Shown here: positions 18,789 to 26,929 of the stretch, piece by piece
How the letters are laid out: each line of letters opens with the position of its first letter
Numbering within the stretch: position 1 is the first letter of the stretch
From: a virus
Lineage: Duplodnaviria > Caudoviricetes
Direction: 5' to 3' (one strand)
Length of the DNA stretch: 61,018 nt
IMG/VR virus record: IMGVR_UViG_3300009506_000029
Span: 1 to 61,018 of that record
Made by a program: the position numbers and the translations under genes
Notes under the pieces: model-generated
Told to the model about the DNA's origin: nothing
Database searches by the model: none
The model's input: the letters and a program-made list of their open reading frames with translations, nothing else

Positions 18789-18795
18789 ACGTCGC

Positions 18796-19059
18796 CTACG
18801 GTTGTTTTAGACCCAACGCCACCAGAACGACAGAGACGATCCCCAGCCCTCCCTCGATCACCCGCGACCAGGTTGTCCTACTCTCGACCGACCGCAGGCG
18901 TGTTTCGTGATCTGCGTGTCGGCCATCGGCCACCTCGCAATGCTCGCCGAACCGCTCGCCGAGGTGCTTGAACTCCTGGATAAAAAACTCGCGCTGGTGC
19001 TGCAGCTCGCTCCTCAACACCGCGACTGTGACATGATTGTTATCGCTTGCGTCTGGCAC
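18796..19059 (-). CDS. Small coiled-coil plus C-terminal TM protein (XhlA/holin-like)
   Basis: HETRLRSVE coiled coil followed by GGLGIVSVVLVALGL. Confidence 0.55.
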   Translation of the reverse strand: MPDASDNNHVTVAVLRSELQHQREFFIQEFKHLGERFGEHCEVADGRHADHETRLRSVESRTTWSRVIEGGLGIVSVVLVALGLKQP

Positions 19060-19122
19060 GTTGACCCCGATTGGATGACTACACAAAAACCTGGCTCCCC
19101 CAGAGCCAGGCCCGATGATGAC

Positions 19123-19623
19123 TTATACCCGCGCGATCGCGACCTTGACGTTGGTCTGGACGCCGGCCAGCTGTCGCCACCGCTCGACCACGAACTGGAC
19201 GAACACGTCCTCCGGCACCAACGCCAGCGCCGTATCGGCAATAAAGGTCTGGTAGACCTGGCGCGCGGCCCCCTCGACTGCAGCCTGCGGAATCTCGCGC
19301 AAGCGCTTGTTGGTCTCTTCTTTCAACGCATCCAGCACAGACTCGACATAGTCGAGTACTTTTTCGAGCAGCTCGTTCTCCGTCTCCTCGCGGCGCTCGA
19401 GCCACATCCGGAACACCCACACAGCCACCGCCAGCACGACCGAGCAGCCCAACAGGATCAAAAACCACTTGGAGGTCGGATCCAGCCCTTGAGCGCGCAG
19501 GCCCGCCGAGGATGGGGCCAAAACCAACGCCCCGCCAAATCCGCTGAGAAGAGAGAGGATGAACGAGAGGACCTTGATCAAGATGTCCAGCCACTGTGGG
19601 CGAGAGTCAGAATAGGTGCGCAT
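19123..19623 (-). CDS. Two-TM holin-like protein, first late gene
   Basis: ATG at 19623 with GGAG RBS; two hydrophobic helices and a charged helical C-terminus. Confidence 0.55.
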   Translation of the reverse strand: MRTYSDSRPQWLDILIKVLSFILSLLSGFGGALVLAPSSAGLRAQGLDPTSKWFLILLGCSVVLAVAVWVFRMWLERREETENELLEKVLDYVESVLDALKEETNKRLREIPQAAVEGAARQVYQTFIADTALALVPEDVFVQFVVERWRQLAGVQTNVKVAIARV

Positions 19624-19657
19624 ACATTTCTCCTGATCCCCCCACAACTTCGGGTAA

Positions 19658-19730
19658 ATCCTGACATTCTATGTCAGGATTATACCAAATAGTACACTGC
19701 CAAGTCAAGGAAAAATAGAACAGATTTTCT
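19658..19730 (-). promoter_or_regulatory. Late-arm promoter with operator palindrome and LexA-like box
   Basis: TTGACT(19708-19703)-N18-TATAAT(19684-19679); palindrome ATCCTGACAT-tct-ATGTCAGGAT at 19658-19680; AGAACAGATTTTCT at 19717-19730. Confidence 0.75.
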
Positions 19731-19771
19731 ACATTCGCGTGGAAATGTGAGGAGAAACACAGCAGAATAGC

Positions 19772-19844
19772 AAACGGCCCTCGGCTGGGGGAACCGAGGA
19801 CCGTTCTAGGCCCGGTGTATAGAGTCGTCTCCAGTGGGGCCTAG
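19772..19844 (-). ncRNA. Putative ~75-85 nt small RNA (two hairpins, the second terminator-like)
   Basis: Own promoter immediately upstream; stems CTAGGCCC/GGGCCTAG and AACGGTCCTCGG/CCGAGGGCCGTTT; no ORF. Confidence 0.5.
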
Positions 19845-19849
19845 CTGTC

Positions 19850-19879
19850 AGTATAGCACAAACGTTCTTGACAAGTCAA
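19850..19879 (-). promoter_or_regulatory. Promoter with LexA-like box in the spacer
   Basis: TTGACT-N18-TATACT; AGAACGTTTGTGCT at 19868-19855. Confidence 0.7.
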
Positions 19880-19895
19880 GGTCCGAGAGAGGTTT

Positions 19896-19923
19896 CTTTT
19901 GCATTAGGATCATAAGCCGAATC
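19896..19923 (+). promoter_or_regulatory. 28-bp dispersed motif copy
   Basis: ...CATTAGGATCATAAGCCGAATC between divergent promoters. Confidence 0.75.
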
Positions 19924-19952
19924 AATTTAAGGTTGGAGAGGCAAAACTGAGG

Positions 19953-19981
19953 TTGACATCCGGGTGGGGGTGTGGTAAAAT
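19953..19981 (+). promoter_or_regulatory. Sigma70-type promoter for xis
   Basis: TTGACA-N17-TAAAAT with extended TG. Confidence 0.8.
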
Positions 19982-20023
19982 ACGCATACCACACTTTCAG
20001 CAGATGCAATGAGAGGCAAATGG

Positions 20024-20230
20024 ATGACAGGTAAGAACGTTTTGAAAGTATCCGAGCTCGCTGATCGCCTTGGAGTAGAGCGCACTACTGTCATTCGTTG
20101 GATCAATGACGGGCATTTCCCGGGCGCATACAAGATAGGGCCATCGGTCAACAGTCCCTTTGTGATTCCCATGGAAGACGTGATTGCCTTCGAGGAAAAA
20201 CTGCAAGGACGTCAACCAGAGTCTATCTAA
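20024..20230 (+). CDS. xis: Excisionase-like HTH_17 protein
   Basis: LKVSELADRLGVERTTVIRWINDGHFP; adjacent to attP. Confidence 0.75.
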   Translation: MTGKNVLKVSELADRLGVERTTVIRWINDGHFPGAYKIGPSVNSPFVIPMEDVIAFEEKLQGRQPESI

Positions 20231-20239
20231 AACACAAAT

Positions 20240-20271
20240 GGGGCCGCCGGTGCTGACACACCGACGGCCCC
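20240..20271 (-). terminator. Hairpin terminator downstream of the attP tRNA fragment
   Basis: GGGGCCG...CGGCCCC stem with a T-rich tail on the minus strand. Confidence 0.65.
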
Positions 20272-20327
20272 TATTCGACGCTCACCCATTCGCTGCTCGT
20301 TAACAACTACATAGGCTTTTTGCGTCT

Positions 20328-20377
20328 AGTGAGCCACATAGGACTCGAACCTATAACCCGCTGATTAAGAGTCAGCT
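20328..20377 (-). other. attP: attP core: 3' half of tRNA-Lys(CTT)
   Basis: Reverse complement AGCTGACTCTTAATCAGCGGGTTATAGGTTCGAGTCCTATGTGGCTCAC gives anticodon arm (CTT), T arm and 3' acceptor strand; no 5' half; abuts the integrase stop. Confidence 0.88.
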
Positions 20378-21323
20378 ACTCACTTAACACCTCGATCGCC
20401 GGCGAGTACCGCGCGTGCTGCGCAGCGACCTCTGCGTCTCGGAAGCCCAGGTATACCCGCGTCGTCTCGCTCGACTGGTGCCCCAGGATGCGCCGCAACG
20501 TCTCCACGTCCCCGCCGTTCTGGATGTAGCCCTTGGCAAACGTGTGCCGCCAGATGTGACACAGCTTGCGTTTCATCGGCACGCCGGCCAGCACCACGCG
20601 CCGGCGCATCATCTGGTTGAGCCCGTTTGGCGTCAGCGGCTCGCACGTCAGCGCTCGGCCGCGCACAGCCACAAACACTGTGCGTGCACGCTCCGGCCGC
20701 ACCGTGATCCAGTCCTGGACCAGGACCATCGCCGGCACGCTCACCGGCACGATTCGATCCGCGTGGCTCTTGGACCACTCCGCCCGCACGCGCACCGCGC
20801 CGTGTTCGCCGTCCCACACTAGGCATCCCATTGGGCACGCGCACACCTCGCCCGCCCGCAGGCCTGTGTCGAGCATCAAGCCCACGATCGCCCGGTCGCG
20901 AATTCCCACCGGGCACGTATCACACGTGCCTAGGATCGCCCGCACCTCGTCCGGCGTCCAGGTATCTGGCAGCCGGCGCTCCACGCGCACGCGCCGCCGG
21001 TCGGCCATAGGGTTGACCTCGATCCAACCTTCGGCCACACAAAACGAGCCGAACGCCCGCAGCGCGCGATCGTACGCGGCGACAGTGGAACGCGAGATCT
21101 CACCCGCCTGGACGCGCCGGGCCAGGTGCGCGAAAAAGCGGCGCACCGCCCCGCGGTCCACGGCATCCATCCCCACCGCCCCGCCCACAAAGCGGACAAA
21201 GCCGCCCACGTGCGTGCGGTAAAAGCGGATCGATGCCGGCCGGAGCAGGTTCGACTCGCGGTCGAGCACGAACTCGTTGAAAGCATCCGCCAGTCTCATC
21301 TGGCGGCAGCCGAGAGCGGGCAA
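20376..21323 (-). CDS. int: Tyrosine integrase
   Basis: DTGLRAGE (R), K, HIWRH (HxxR), LGH, TRVY (Y); start may be ATG at 21299. Confidence 0.95.
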   Translation of the reverse strand: MPALGCRQMRLADAFNEFVLDRESNLLRPASIRFYRTHVGGFVRFVGGAVGMDAVDRGAVRRFFAHLARRVQAGEISRSTVAAYDRALRAFGSFCVAEGWIEVNPMADRRRVRVERRLPDTWTPDEVRAILGTCDTCPVGIRDRAIVGLMLDTGLRAGEVCACPMGCLVWDGEHGAVRVRAEWSKSHADRIVPVSVPAMVLVQDWITVRPERARTVFVAVRGRALTCEPLTPNGLNQMMRRRVVLAGVPMKRKLCHIWRHTFAKGYIQNGGDVETLRRILGHQSSETTRVYLGFRDAEVAAQHARYSPAIEVLSE

Positions 21324-21355
21324 TGATTCCCCCCGAGACGCTCGCTCTCCCCCTT

Positions 21356-21384
21356 ATCATATCACAGATCCGAGCCGCGATCAA
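21356..21384 (-). promoter_or_regulatory. Probable integrase promoter
   Basis: TTGATC-N17-TATGAT on the minus strand. Confidence 0.55.
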
Positions 21385-21410
21385 TATACGTTCGGATCAT
21401 AATCTGAAAG
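21383..21410 (+). promoter_or_regulatory. 28-bp dispersed motif copy
   Basis: AATATACGTTCGGATCATAATCTGAAAG between int and parM. Confidence 0.7.
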
Positions 21411-21546
21411 GAGGTGAACCGGCAGCCACATTACACACCCATCGCAAGCGGGCACGCCCCCGAGACGTGCCCGCCCCAAAACGTACATTATAGCGCCCCT
21501 GATTCTACAGGACAAAACCCTGTAGGTAGACACGATAGGAGGATCC

Positions 21547-22554
21547 GTGAACACAAAGCCCCTGACCCAAACCATCGGCCTCGACCTGGGGGGCGGCGCC
21601 CTCAAGCTCTATGGCCCCTCGGGTGGCGTCGAGCTGCCCGCCCACGTCGCCTCTGCCGGCCAGCGCGTGCATCGCGCCCGGGCTGCTGGCCTGCGCACGC
21701 TCAAGCCGCCCATGCGCGTGCTGACCGGTGGCACAGGCTTTTACGTCGGCCTCGGTGCCCACGATTGGGGCCGCCCGGTCGAGAACCTGGGCGACGAGCG
21801 CTTTGCCGGCTCGCCCGAGGTCCAGGCCCTGCTCTATGCCGGCATCTCGCGCTACGACGAAGAGTGCTCTCAGCTCTTCGACGTCGACTTTGTCGTCGGC
21901 CTCACCCAATCCGCCTTCCTGACCGACGTCGGCGGCAACGTGCGCGGCTGGCTCGCCGGTTCGCACGCCTGGTGCACCGAACCCGCCGGCCGCCTCGACC
22001 CCGACCCGGTCGATCACTTTCTGCACGTCCACCAGGTCAACGTCACCAGCCAGGCTGCCGGCGCTCTCTTTGACTACTTTCTCGACGACCGCGGCGCATT
22101 TATTCCCCGGCGCAAGCCGGCTTTTAAGCAAGAGATCGGCATCGTCTCGGTTGGCATGAACACCCTCGAGCTGCTGGTCCTGCGCAACGGCGCGACCATC
22201 GAGCGTTTCACCGACTCGGTCACCGCCGGCGTGCGCCGTATGCTCGAGATCTGCGACCCGTCCGATCACTACTCGCGCGGTGATCTCGACACCATGCTCC
22301 GCCGCGGCCAGCTCGACTACAAGGCAGCCCTGCCCATCTGGGCTGCCGAGATCTATGGCCACATCGAGCGACGTTGGGGGTCCGCGTTCCGCCGCTTTGC
22401 CGCGATCATCGTCGTCGGCGGCGGCGTCCTGCTCCTCAACAGCGAGCTGACCGCTCGTCTCAACGGCAAAGCCTACGTGCCAGACGAACCGGTCCTGGCC
22501 GTCGCGCGCGGGCTCTACAAGCTCGGCCTGCAGCGCAGCCGGCGGGGGAAATGA
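21547..22554 (+). CDS. parM: ParM/StbA-family actin-like ATPase
   Basis: Phosphate-1 IGLDLGGGALK, phosphate-2 VSVGMNTLEL, adenosine IVVGGGV; AGGAGG RBS. Confidence 0.88.
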   Translation: MNTKPLTQTIGLDLGGGALKLYGPSGGVELPAHVASAGQRVHRARAAGLRTLKPPMRVLTGGTGFYVGLGAHDWGRPVENLGDERFAGSPEVQALLYAGISRYDEECSQLFDVDFVVGLTQSAFLTDVGGNVRGWLAGSHAWCTEPAGRLDPDPVDHFLHVHQVNVTSQAAGALFDYFLDDRGAFIPRRKPAFKQEIGIVSVGMNTLELLVLRNGATIERFTDSVTAGVRRMLEICDPSDHYSRGDLDTMLRRGQLDYKAALPIWAAEIYGHIERRWGSAFRRFAAIIVVGGGVLLLNSELTARLNGKAYVPDEPVLAVARGLYKLGLQRSRRGK

Positions 22555-22555
22555 C

Positions 22556-22792
22556 GTGACCAGGCGCGGCCGCCCTCGCCGGGATCGCCAGCCCGTCGTC
22601 TACAGCGTCAAGCTCGTGCTCTACCCGGGCGAGGACGACGATCTGATCTCCTATCTGGAAGCCGCGCCGAATCGCAAGCGCGCCGCCGCCGTCAAAACGG
22701 CCATGCGCAGCGGGAACATTGACGCCGCCGACCTGGGCGATCTGCCTGACGACGACGAGCTGCTCGACGCGTTCGAGAGTCTATTGATCTGA
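22556..22792 (+). CDS. ParR-like small DNA-binding adaptor
   Basis: Directly after parM; beta-helix-helix pattern (YSVKLVLYPGEDDDLISYL...VKTAMR) with an acidic tail. Confidence 0.65.
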   Translation: MTRRGRPRRDRQPVVYSVKLVLYPGEDDDLISYLEAAPNRKRAAAVKTAMRSGNIDAADLGDLPDDDELLDAFESLLI

Positions 22793-22809
22793 CACACGAG
22801 GTTCATCTG

Positions 22810-23547
22810 ATGAAACGAACGACCTATCACATCCAATCGAATACCACGGCCCAGCCGGCACCGACACCAGCGCCATCATCCCGCCCCACCAGCGCCCTCG
22901 GCGAGCGCATTCGTGCCGCACTCTATTCCGGCCTGGCTGTCTGCCTGGCGCTCTTTCTCATCCTGCCCGGAGGATACGCAGCCATCGTCCACAAGCCCCA
23001 TCTGCCGATCGTCACAGGCCTGGCCGCCGCTTCTGTCGTGCTCAGCCTGCTCTTTTCCTGCTATCTGGTCGTCTCCTGGTCGATCCAGACCGCCAGCCGG
23101 GACTGGCGCGTCGATCACCAAGAGCGCATTCGGCGCTGGAAACTCGAGGACGAGGACCGCGACCTGGCCTGGGCACAGCTCGCTCACGACACGGAACAGC
23201 CGCAAGAGACTACGCCCGATCTATCGTGGATACACGGTCTCGCACTCAAGTTGCTCGAGCGCCACTACAAGGGCCAGAAAATCACCCGCGCCGCGTGTAC
23301 CAAGGCCAACCTTTGCACCCAGCCCGAGTGGAACCTGATCAATCAGATCTGGAAGGCGATCGGGTTCAAGCGTGACAACTCGCTCGCCCTGCCCGACACG
23401 TTGGAGATCGCCTGGGCACGCTGGAATCAGCAAGTCGTCGTAGACCACACGACCATCAACTGCAAGCGCCGCCCCAGCCCGCGCGCGCCGATCGCGCGCT
23501 TTGACATCGATCCAGACACGCTGACAGAACGACCCAAGGTCCTATGA
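22810..23547 (+). CDS. Two-TM membrane protein with C-terminal soluble domain
   Basis: Two hydrophobic segments in the N-terminal half. Confidence 0.65.
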   Translation: MKRTTYHIQSNTTAQPAPTPAPSSRPTSALGERIRAALYSGLAVCLALFLILPGGYAAIVHKPHLPIVTGLAAASVVLSLLFSCYLVVSWSIQTASRDWRVDHQERIRRWKLEDEDRDLAWAQLAHDTEQPQETTPDLSWIHGLALKLLERHYKGQKITRAACTKANLCTQPEWNLINQIWKAIGFKRDNSLALPDTLEIAWARWNQQVVVDHTTINCKRRPSPRAPIARFDIDPDTLTERPKVL

Positions 23548-23675
23548 TAATATGCGTCATAAAAAGGATGCGAATTTTAAGACGCAACAAAAGCAGTTCG
23601 GTTTCGGTTTTGGTTTCCGGCCCAACCGGTCCAAATCCATCAACTGGTCCTCAAGGAGAGTGGGGGGAGTAGCCC

Positions 23676-23706
23676 TCTCTAATTTTTGGATCGCCTGTAC
23701 GTTATA
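23676..23706 (+). promoter_or_regulatory. Putative phage-sigma promoter 1
   Basis: TCTCTAA-N17-CGTTATA followed by GGAGG RBS. Confidence 0.75.
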
Positions 23707-23724
23707 GACAAGAGGGAGGACGTT

Positions 23725-24084
23725 ATGAAACGAAACACTGGCCCCGCCCCGCTGCCGGGCGTCACGATCGAGGATGACGGCCTGTCCGTGCGCGGATTCG
23801 CAATGCTCGCGCTCAGCGCCGGAACATTGATATTGTCCATCGCGATCGCGGTGGCCATCTGGCGTATCAGCGCCGGCATCAAGTGGGCGCTGATCCTCCT
23901 GGCCAGCGGCAGTGCCGCCGAGATGGCCTTCGTCGGCCTGGGCATCTATCGCCGTCACGAGCTCGCCGGTCGCGCCCAGCTCGTTGAGGCCCAGGGCCGC
24001 GCAGACGAGGCCCGCGCGCGTGGGCAGGCCCAGGTCCTCGCCGCCCGTTTGTCGCACGCCTTGCCCGAACGAGGAGGACGATAA
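23725..24084 (+). CDS. Two-TM membrane protein
   Basis: ATG at 23725 with GGAGG RBS; two hydrophobic helices. Confidence 0.7.
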   Translation: MKRNTGPAPLPGVTIEDDGLSVRGFAMLALSAGTLILSIAIAVAIWRISAGIKWALILLASGSAAEMAFVGLGIYRRHELAGRAQLVEAQGRADEARARGQAQVLAARLSHALPERGGR

Positions 24085-24404
24085 TGGCCCTGGATGTCTA
24101 TTTCAGGCGTGACATAGCCAACATCCTGCGGGCAACAGCCTGCGCCAGCGAGGGCGCCGCTGGCCTGGCGCTCGAGCTGCTGGGGGACGCCAGTCTGGTC
24201 GATGACGCCACGCTGAGTGGCGCCGGGGTCCCACAGGAACGGCTGCTGCAGGTCTACCGCCAGGGCGTGCGACATGCGCTGGTCTCGGTGGGACTCGCGT
24301 TCGGCCTCGAACCCGTAGGGATCGCCGCCCCACCCCGCCCGGGTGTCTCCCCTCCCCTGGCCGGCCTGCTCTGGGCCGAAGCCCCGCCGAAGGCCGAGCG
24401 ATGA
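24084..24404 (+). CDS. Hypothetical protein
   Basis: GGAGG RBS; coupled start. Confidence 0.65.
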   Translation: MALDVYFRRDIANILRATACASEGAAGLALELLGDASLVDDATLSGAGVPQERLLQVYRQGVRHALVSVGLAFGLEPVGIAAPPRPGVSPPLAGLLWAEAPPKAER

Positions 24405-24592
24405 CAGACCTGGACTCCTTGCTTGACGTACTCCTCCCAGTTTTCGCGATCTCGGCCATCCTGCTGACGGGGTTCAACCTGCTTTGCACGCCCCGCTCGC
24501 ACCGGAAAGCCCGCCGGGCGCTGCGCCGGCAGCGGCGTGATACCCGGAGGGAGGCACGGCGAAAAGCGCGGGAGAAAAGCAAAGATGAATAG
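24401..24592 (+). CDS. Small TM protein with basic tail
   Basis: ATGA overlap; one TM segment plus an Arg-rich C-terminus. Confidence 0.55.
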   Translation: MTDLDSLLDVLLPVFAISAILLTGFNLLCTPRSHRKARRALRRQRRDTRREARRKAREKSKDE

Positions 24593-24660
24593 AACAAATG
24601 TCCTTGACTTGGACCTTGTCATTTTGGTACAATGTGAAAAGCTGACATCTTTTGTCAGCT
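24591..24660 (+). promoter_or_regulatory. Promoter with LexA-like box and CTGACA-N5-TGTCAG operator
   Basis: AGAACAAATGTCCT at 24591-24604; TTGACT-N18-TACAAT at 24604-24633; AGCTGACA-tcttt-TGTCAGCT at 24640-24660. Confidence 0.7.
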
Positions 24661-24690
24661 TATCCCGCCGGGTACTATAGGGAGACATCG

Positions 24691-24981
24691 ATGCCCTTTG
24701 CTATGCAAGACACCCTATTCGGCGGCCCGCCTGTCGTTTCCGGTGACGTCATTACTCGCCTAAAGTACATCCTCACCGAACACCTCAAGGCGCGCGATTC
24801 CTACACAGCCGCAATAGCCCCCTGGCTCGAGCTCGATAGACTGAGCCCTGCTCTGCGTCAGGCCCTGCCTGGCAACCCCGGCCATCCACAGCTTGCGAGC
24901 TGTGTGATCGCGCCAGCCGCTTTCCAGAAATGGTTCGTCCGCCACGCCACAGCACCCATCCGGCAGGACAAGGGAGATTAG
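24691..24981 (+). CDS. Hypothetical protein
   Basis: ATG at 24691 with GGAG RBS, downstream of a promoter. Confidence 0.55.
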   Translation: MPFAMQDTLFGGPPVVSGDVITRLKYILTEHLKARDSYTAAIAPWLELDRLSPALRQALPGNPGHPQLASCVIAPAAFQKWFVRHATAPIRQDKGD

Positions 24982-24983
24982 AT

Positions 24984-25011
24984 GATTCGGTTTATGATCC
25001 GAACGTAAAAA
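24984..25011 (-). promoter_or_regulatory. 28-bp dispersed motif copy
   Basis: Reverse complement ...ACGTTCGGATCATAAACCGAATC. Confidence 0.75.
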
Positions 25012-25054
25012 GGCCGGATCTGAAGGCCTCTTGGGGGAGAGTTCAGATCCGGCC
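25012..25054. terminator. 13-bp stem hairpin with A-run on the left (minus-strand terminator-like)
   Basis: GGCCGGATCTGAA...TTCAGATCCGGCC. Confidence 0.55.
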
Positions 25055-25163
25055 GCCACACCGGGGGAAAGGTGCAACGAATCTCGCTGCCGTGTAGTCA
25101 TCCCTTCACCTTTCCTGGACACATTATAACAGTTTTTTAACCGAGGCACAAGGAAGGCTCTAA

Positions 25164-25469
25164 ATGGACAGAAAAAGCATCAAAAAGTACATCGGATTTT
25201 TGCTGGCCGAGTTGGGCTGGGGATCCCTGCTCGCGCTCTTTTTGCAGCATACTCGCCCTGGGCAATACCTGGCCAACCGGCGGGCCTGGCTCGCAGTCGT
25301 GATCGGCGTCGCCGGCACGCAAGCCATCTCGCTACCTGTCGCCGGTGGACGGGGCGTGATCGTGGGCACCCTCGCCTTCGCCTTCAGCGCGATCGGCATA
25401 GTGGCCCGCTCCCTGGTCAACGAGCAGCGCCTGGAAAGGGTTCTGCACGATGCCACGCACAAAACCTAG
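25164..25469 (+). CDS. Three-TM small membrane protein
   Basis: Hydrophobic segments; AGGAAGG RBS. Confidence 0.6.
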   Translation: MDRKSIKKYIGFLLAELGWGSLLALFLQHTRPGQYLANRRAWLAVVIGVAGTQAISLPVAGGRGVIVGTLAFAFSAIGIVARSLVNEQRLERVLHDATHKT

Positions 25470-25740
25470 ACCCTACACCCGTTGGGCTGCGCTGGATGCA
25501 ATTCGCGACGTCGACGGCATCCGTGCGCTGACCGAGACCATGATCGAGCGAATGCTGGCCGGCACGCGAGAGGACGAGCTCGCCGAGATCGTTCTCCATA
25601 TCCGCCAGCTCATTGACACCCTGCGCGATCGGCTGCTCACCTTTCGCGACGGCCCCGACCTGGAGCAGATCGTCGAGTGGGTGTTTCAAGACGAGGCGTT
25701 GCTCTGCCTGATCGTGCATAGGCTAGAAGAGGACGAGTAA
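25450..25740 (+). CDS. Hypothetical helical protein
   Basis: ORF with phage-like codon usage. Confidence 0.55.
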   Translation: MPRTKPRPYTRWAALDAIRDVDGIRALTETMIERMLAGTREDELAEIVLHIRQLIDTLRDRLLTFRDGPDLEQIVEWVFQDEALLCLIVHRLEEDE

Positions 25741-25774
25741 CGCATTCAGACGAATCATACGTAAAGGCATCACC

Positions 25775-26929
25775 ATGGACGAGCAAAACCAATCCTTCTC
25801 TTTCCGTTGGGGCATAGACGTTCTCGACTGTGGATCGACCAGCTTCCCGAACCATTTCTGGCGGGTCTATCACCAGGTCCTGACCAAGGAGGAGTGGCTC
25901 TTTATCTGCCATCTGGCCACCTACAAGTACGAGTCCGGGCGCGGTGAATGCCGCCCCAGCCTGCACACCGTCGCGGCAGAGATGGGCTACAAGAACGTGC
26001 GCTCTGTCCAAAAGCTCCGCGCGGCGCTCGAAGAGAAAACGTACCAAGACGCCCCTTTGCTCGTCGTTCGCGCCCGTACAGGTCACCCCAACCTGTACGA
26101 CTTTAGCGGGCTCAGCCGGTGCCTGGTCGCGCTCAGCCTCCAAGAAGGGGATGAATCCCAGTTCACCCCTGAACCACAGTTCGCCCCCCCCATGAATCCC
26201 AGTTCATCCCCCCATGAATCCCAGTTCATCCCCCCCATGAACTGTGGTTCGCCCGAAGAATCAAATCAAGATCAAATCAAGAATGATGATCATGATGGAT
26301 CTGCCTTGACTGATTTGATCGATCTGGCCGGCTTGCATTCCAAGACAGCGCGAGCCATCCTCGCTCATTATGGGGCAGAGGGTGCGACTCGCTGGCTCGC
26401 TTTCGTTCTCGACGAACACAAGGCCAATCCCGCCGCTTACCTGTACACCTGTTGTGTCAAAAAACACGATCCGCCTCCGGCCTCGCTCCACCTTGTCGAC
26501 GCGCAGTCTATCCTGGCCCGTATTCGGCAGACCGACGAGTCTACACCGTCCGAGCCGCCGCCCTGGGCTACATCTCTTCCCGAGCCGCCGCTCGAGATTC
26601 GGCAATACTGGCGCGCTTGCCAGTCTGAGCTTGAACTCCAAATGACCCGCGCCAGTTATGATACCTGGATCAGATCGCTCACCATACAAAGCCTGGATCG
26701 TGATGCCTGCACGGCCACGCTCCAGGCGCCCAACTCCTACATTGCCGAATGGATCACCAAGCGACTGGCGGCGCCCATCATCCGCACAATGGCCGGCGTG
26801 GCCGAGCTCGACGCCGATGCGTTCACGTTCACATGCACGGTGGCCGCCTCGGATCGAGACGCGGCCGAGGAGGAGGCCGTCGACCAACCTGCACCGGAGG
26901 AAACTGTGCCGGAGGAGATGAGGTTTTGA
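25775..26929 (+). CDS. Replication initiator: N-terminal wHTH plus C-terminal DnaA N-terminal-like domain
   Basis: CRPSLHTVAAEMG wHTH; WRACQSELELQMTRASYDTWIR...APNSYIAEWITKRL (DnaA_N-like); internal iterons. Confidence 0.85.
   Translation: MDEQNQSFSFRWGIDVLDCGSTSFPNHFWRVYHQVLTKEEWLFICHLATYKYESGRGECRPSLHTVAAEMGYKNVRSVQKLRAALEEKTYQDAPLLVVRARTGHPNLYDFSGLSRCLVALSLQEGDESQFTPEPQFAPPMNPSSSPHESQFIPPMNCGSPEESNQDQIKNDDHDGSALTDLIDLAGLHSKTARAILAHYGAEGATRWLAFVLDEHKANPAAYLYTCCVKKHDPPPASLHLVDAQSILARIRQTDESTPSEPPPWATSLPEPPLEIRQYWRACQSELELQMTRASYDTWIRSLTIQSLDRDACTATLQAPNSYIAEWITKRLAAPIIRTMAGVAELDADAFTFTCTVAASDRDAAEEEAVDQPAPEETVPEEMRF
26151..26251. repeat. Iterons / probable replication origin inside the initiator gene
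   Basis: ATGAATCCCAGTTCA at 26151, 26192 and 26214, variants at 26169 and 26237, then A-rich ATCAAATCAAG x2. Confidence 0.8.

Noticed and set aside
203-19000. Long plus-strand ORFs opposite the late genes (e.g. 7759-9075, 12173-13408, 17772-18971)
   Set aside because: Shadow ORFs typical of high-GC DNA: Arg/Pro/Ala-rich, no motifs, and fully overlapping well-supported minus-strand genes.
20328-20400. Complete tRNA-Lys gene
   Set aside because: Only the anticodon arm to the 3' end is present; upstream is integrase coding sequence with no D arm or 5' acceptor strand, and the end reads CTA rather than CCA. Treated as attP.
21414-22073. ORF with AGGAGG RBS overlapping parM in another frame
   Set aside because: Low-complexity Arg/Pro translation overlapping a clear ParM gene; at most a short leader, unsupported.
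26151-26251. CRISPR array or LexA box cluster
   Set aside because: Spacing is 3-8 bp, the repeats are inside a coding region, and the symmetric core has N6 rather than GAAC-N4-GTTC; iterons fit better.
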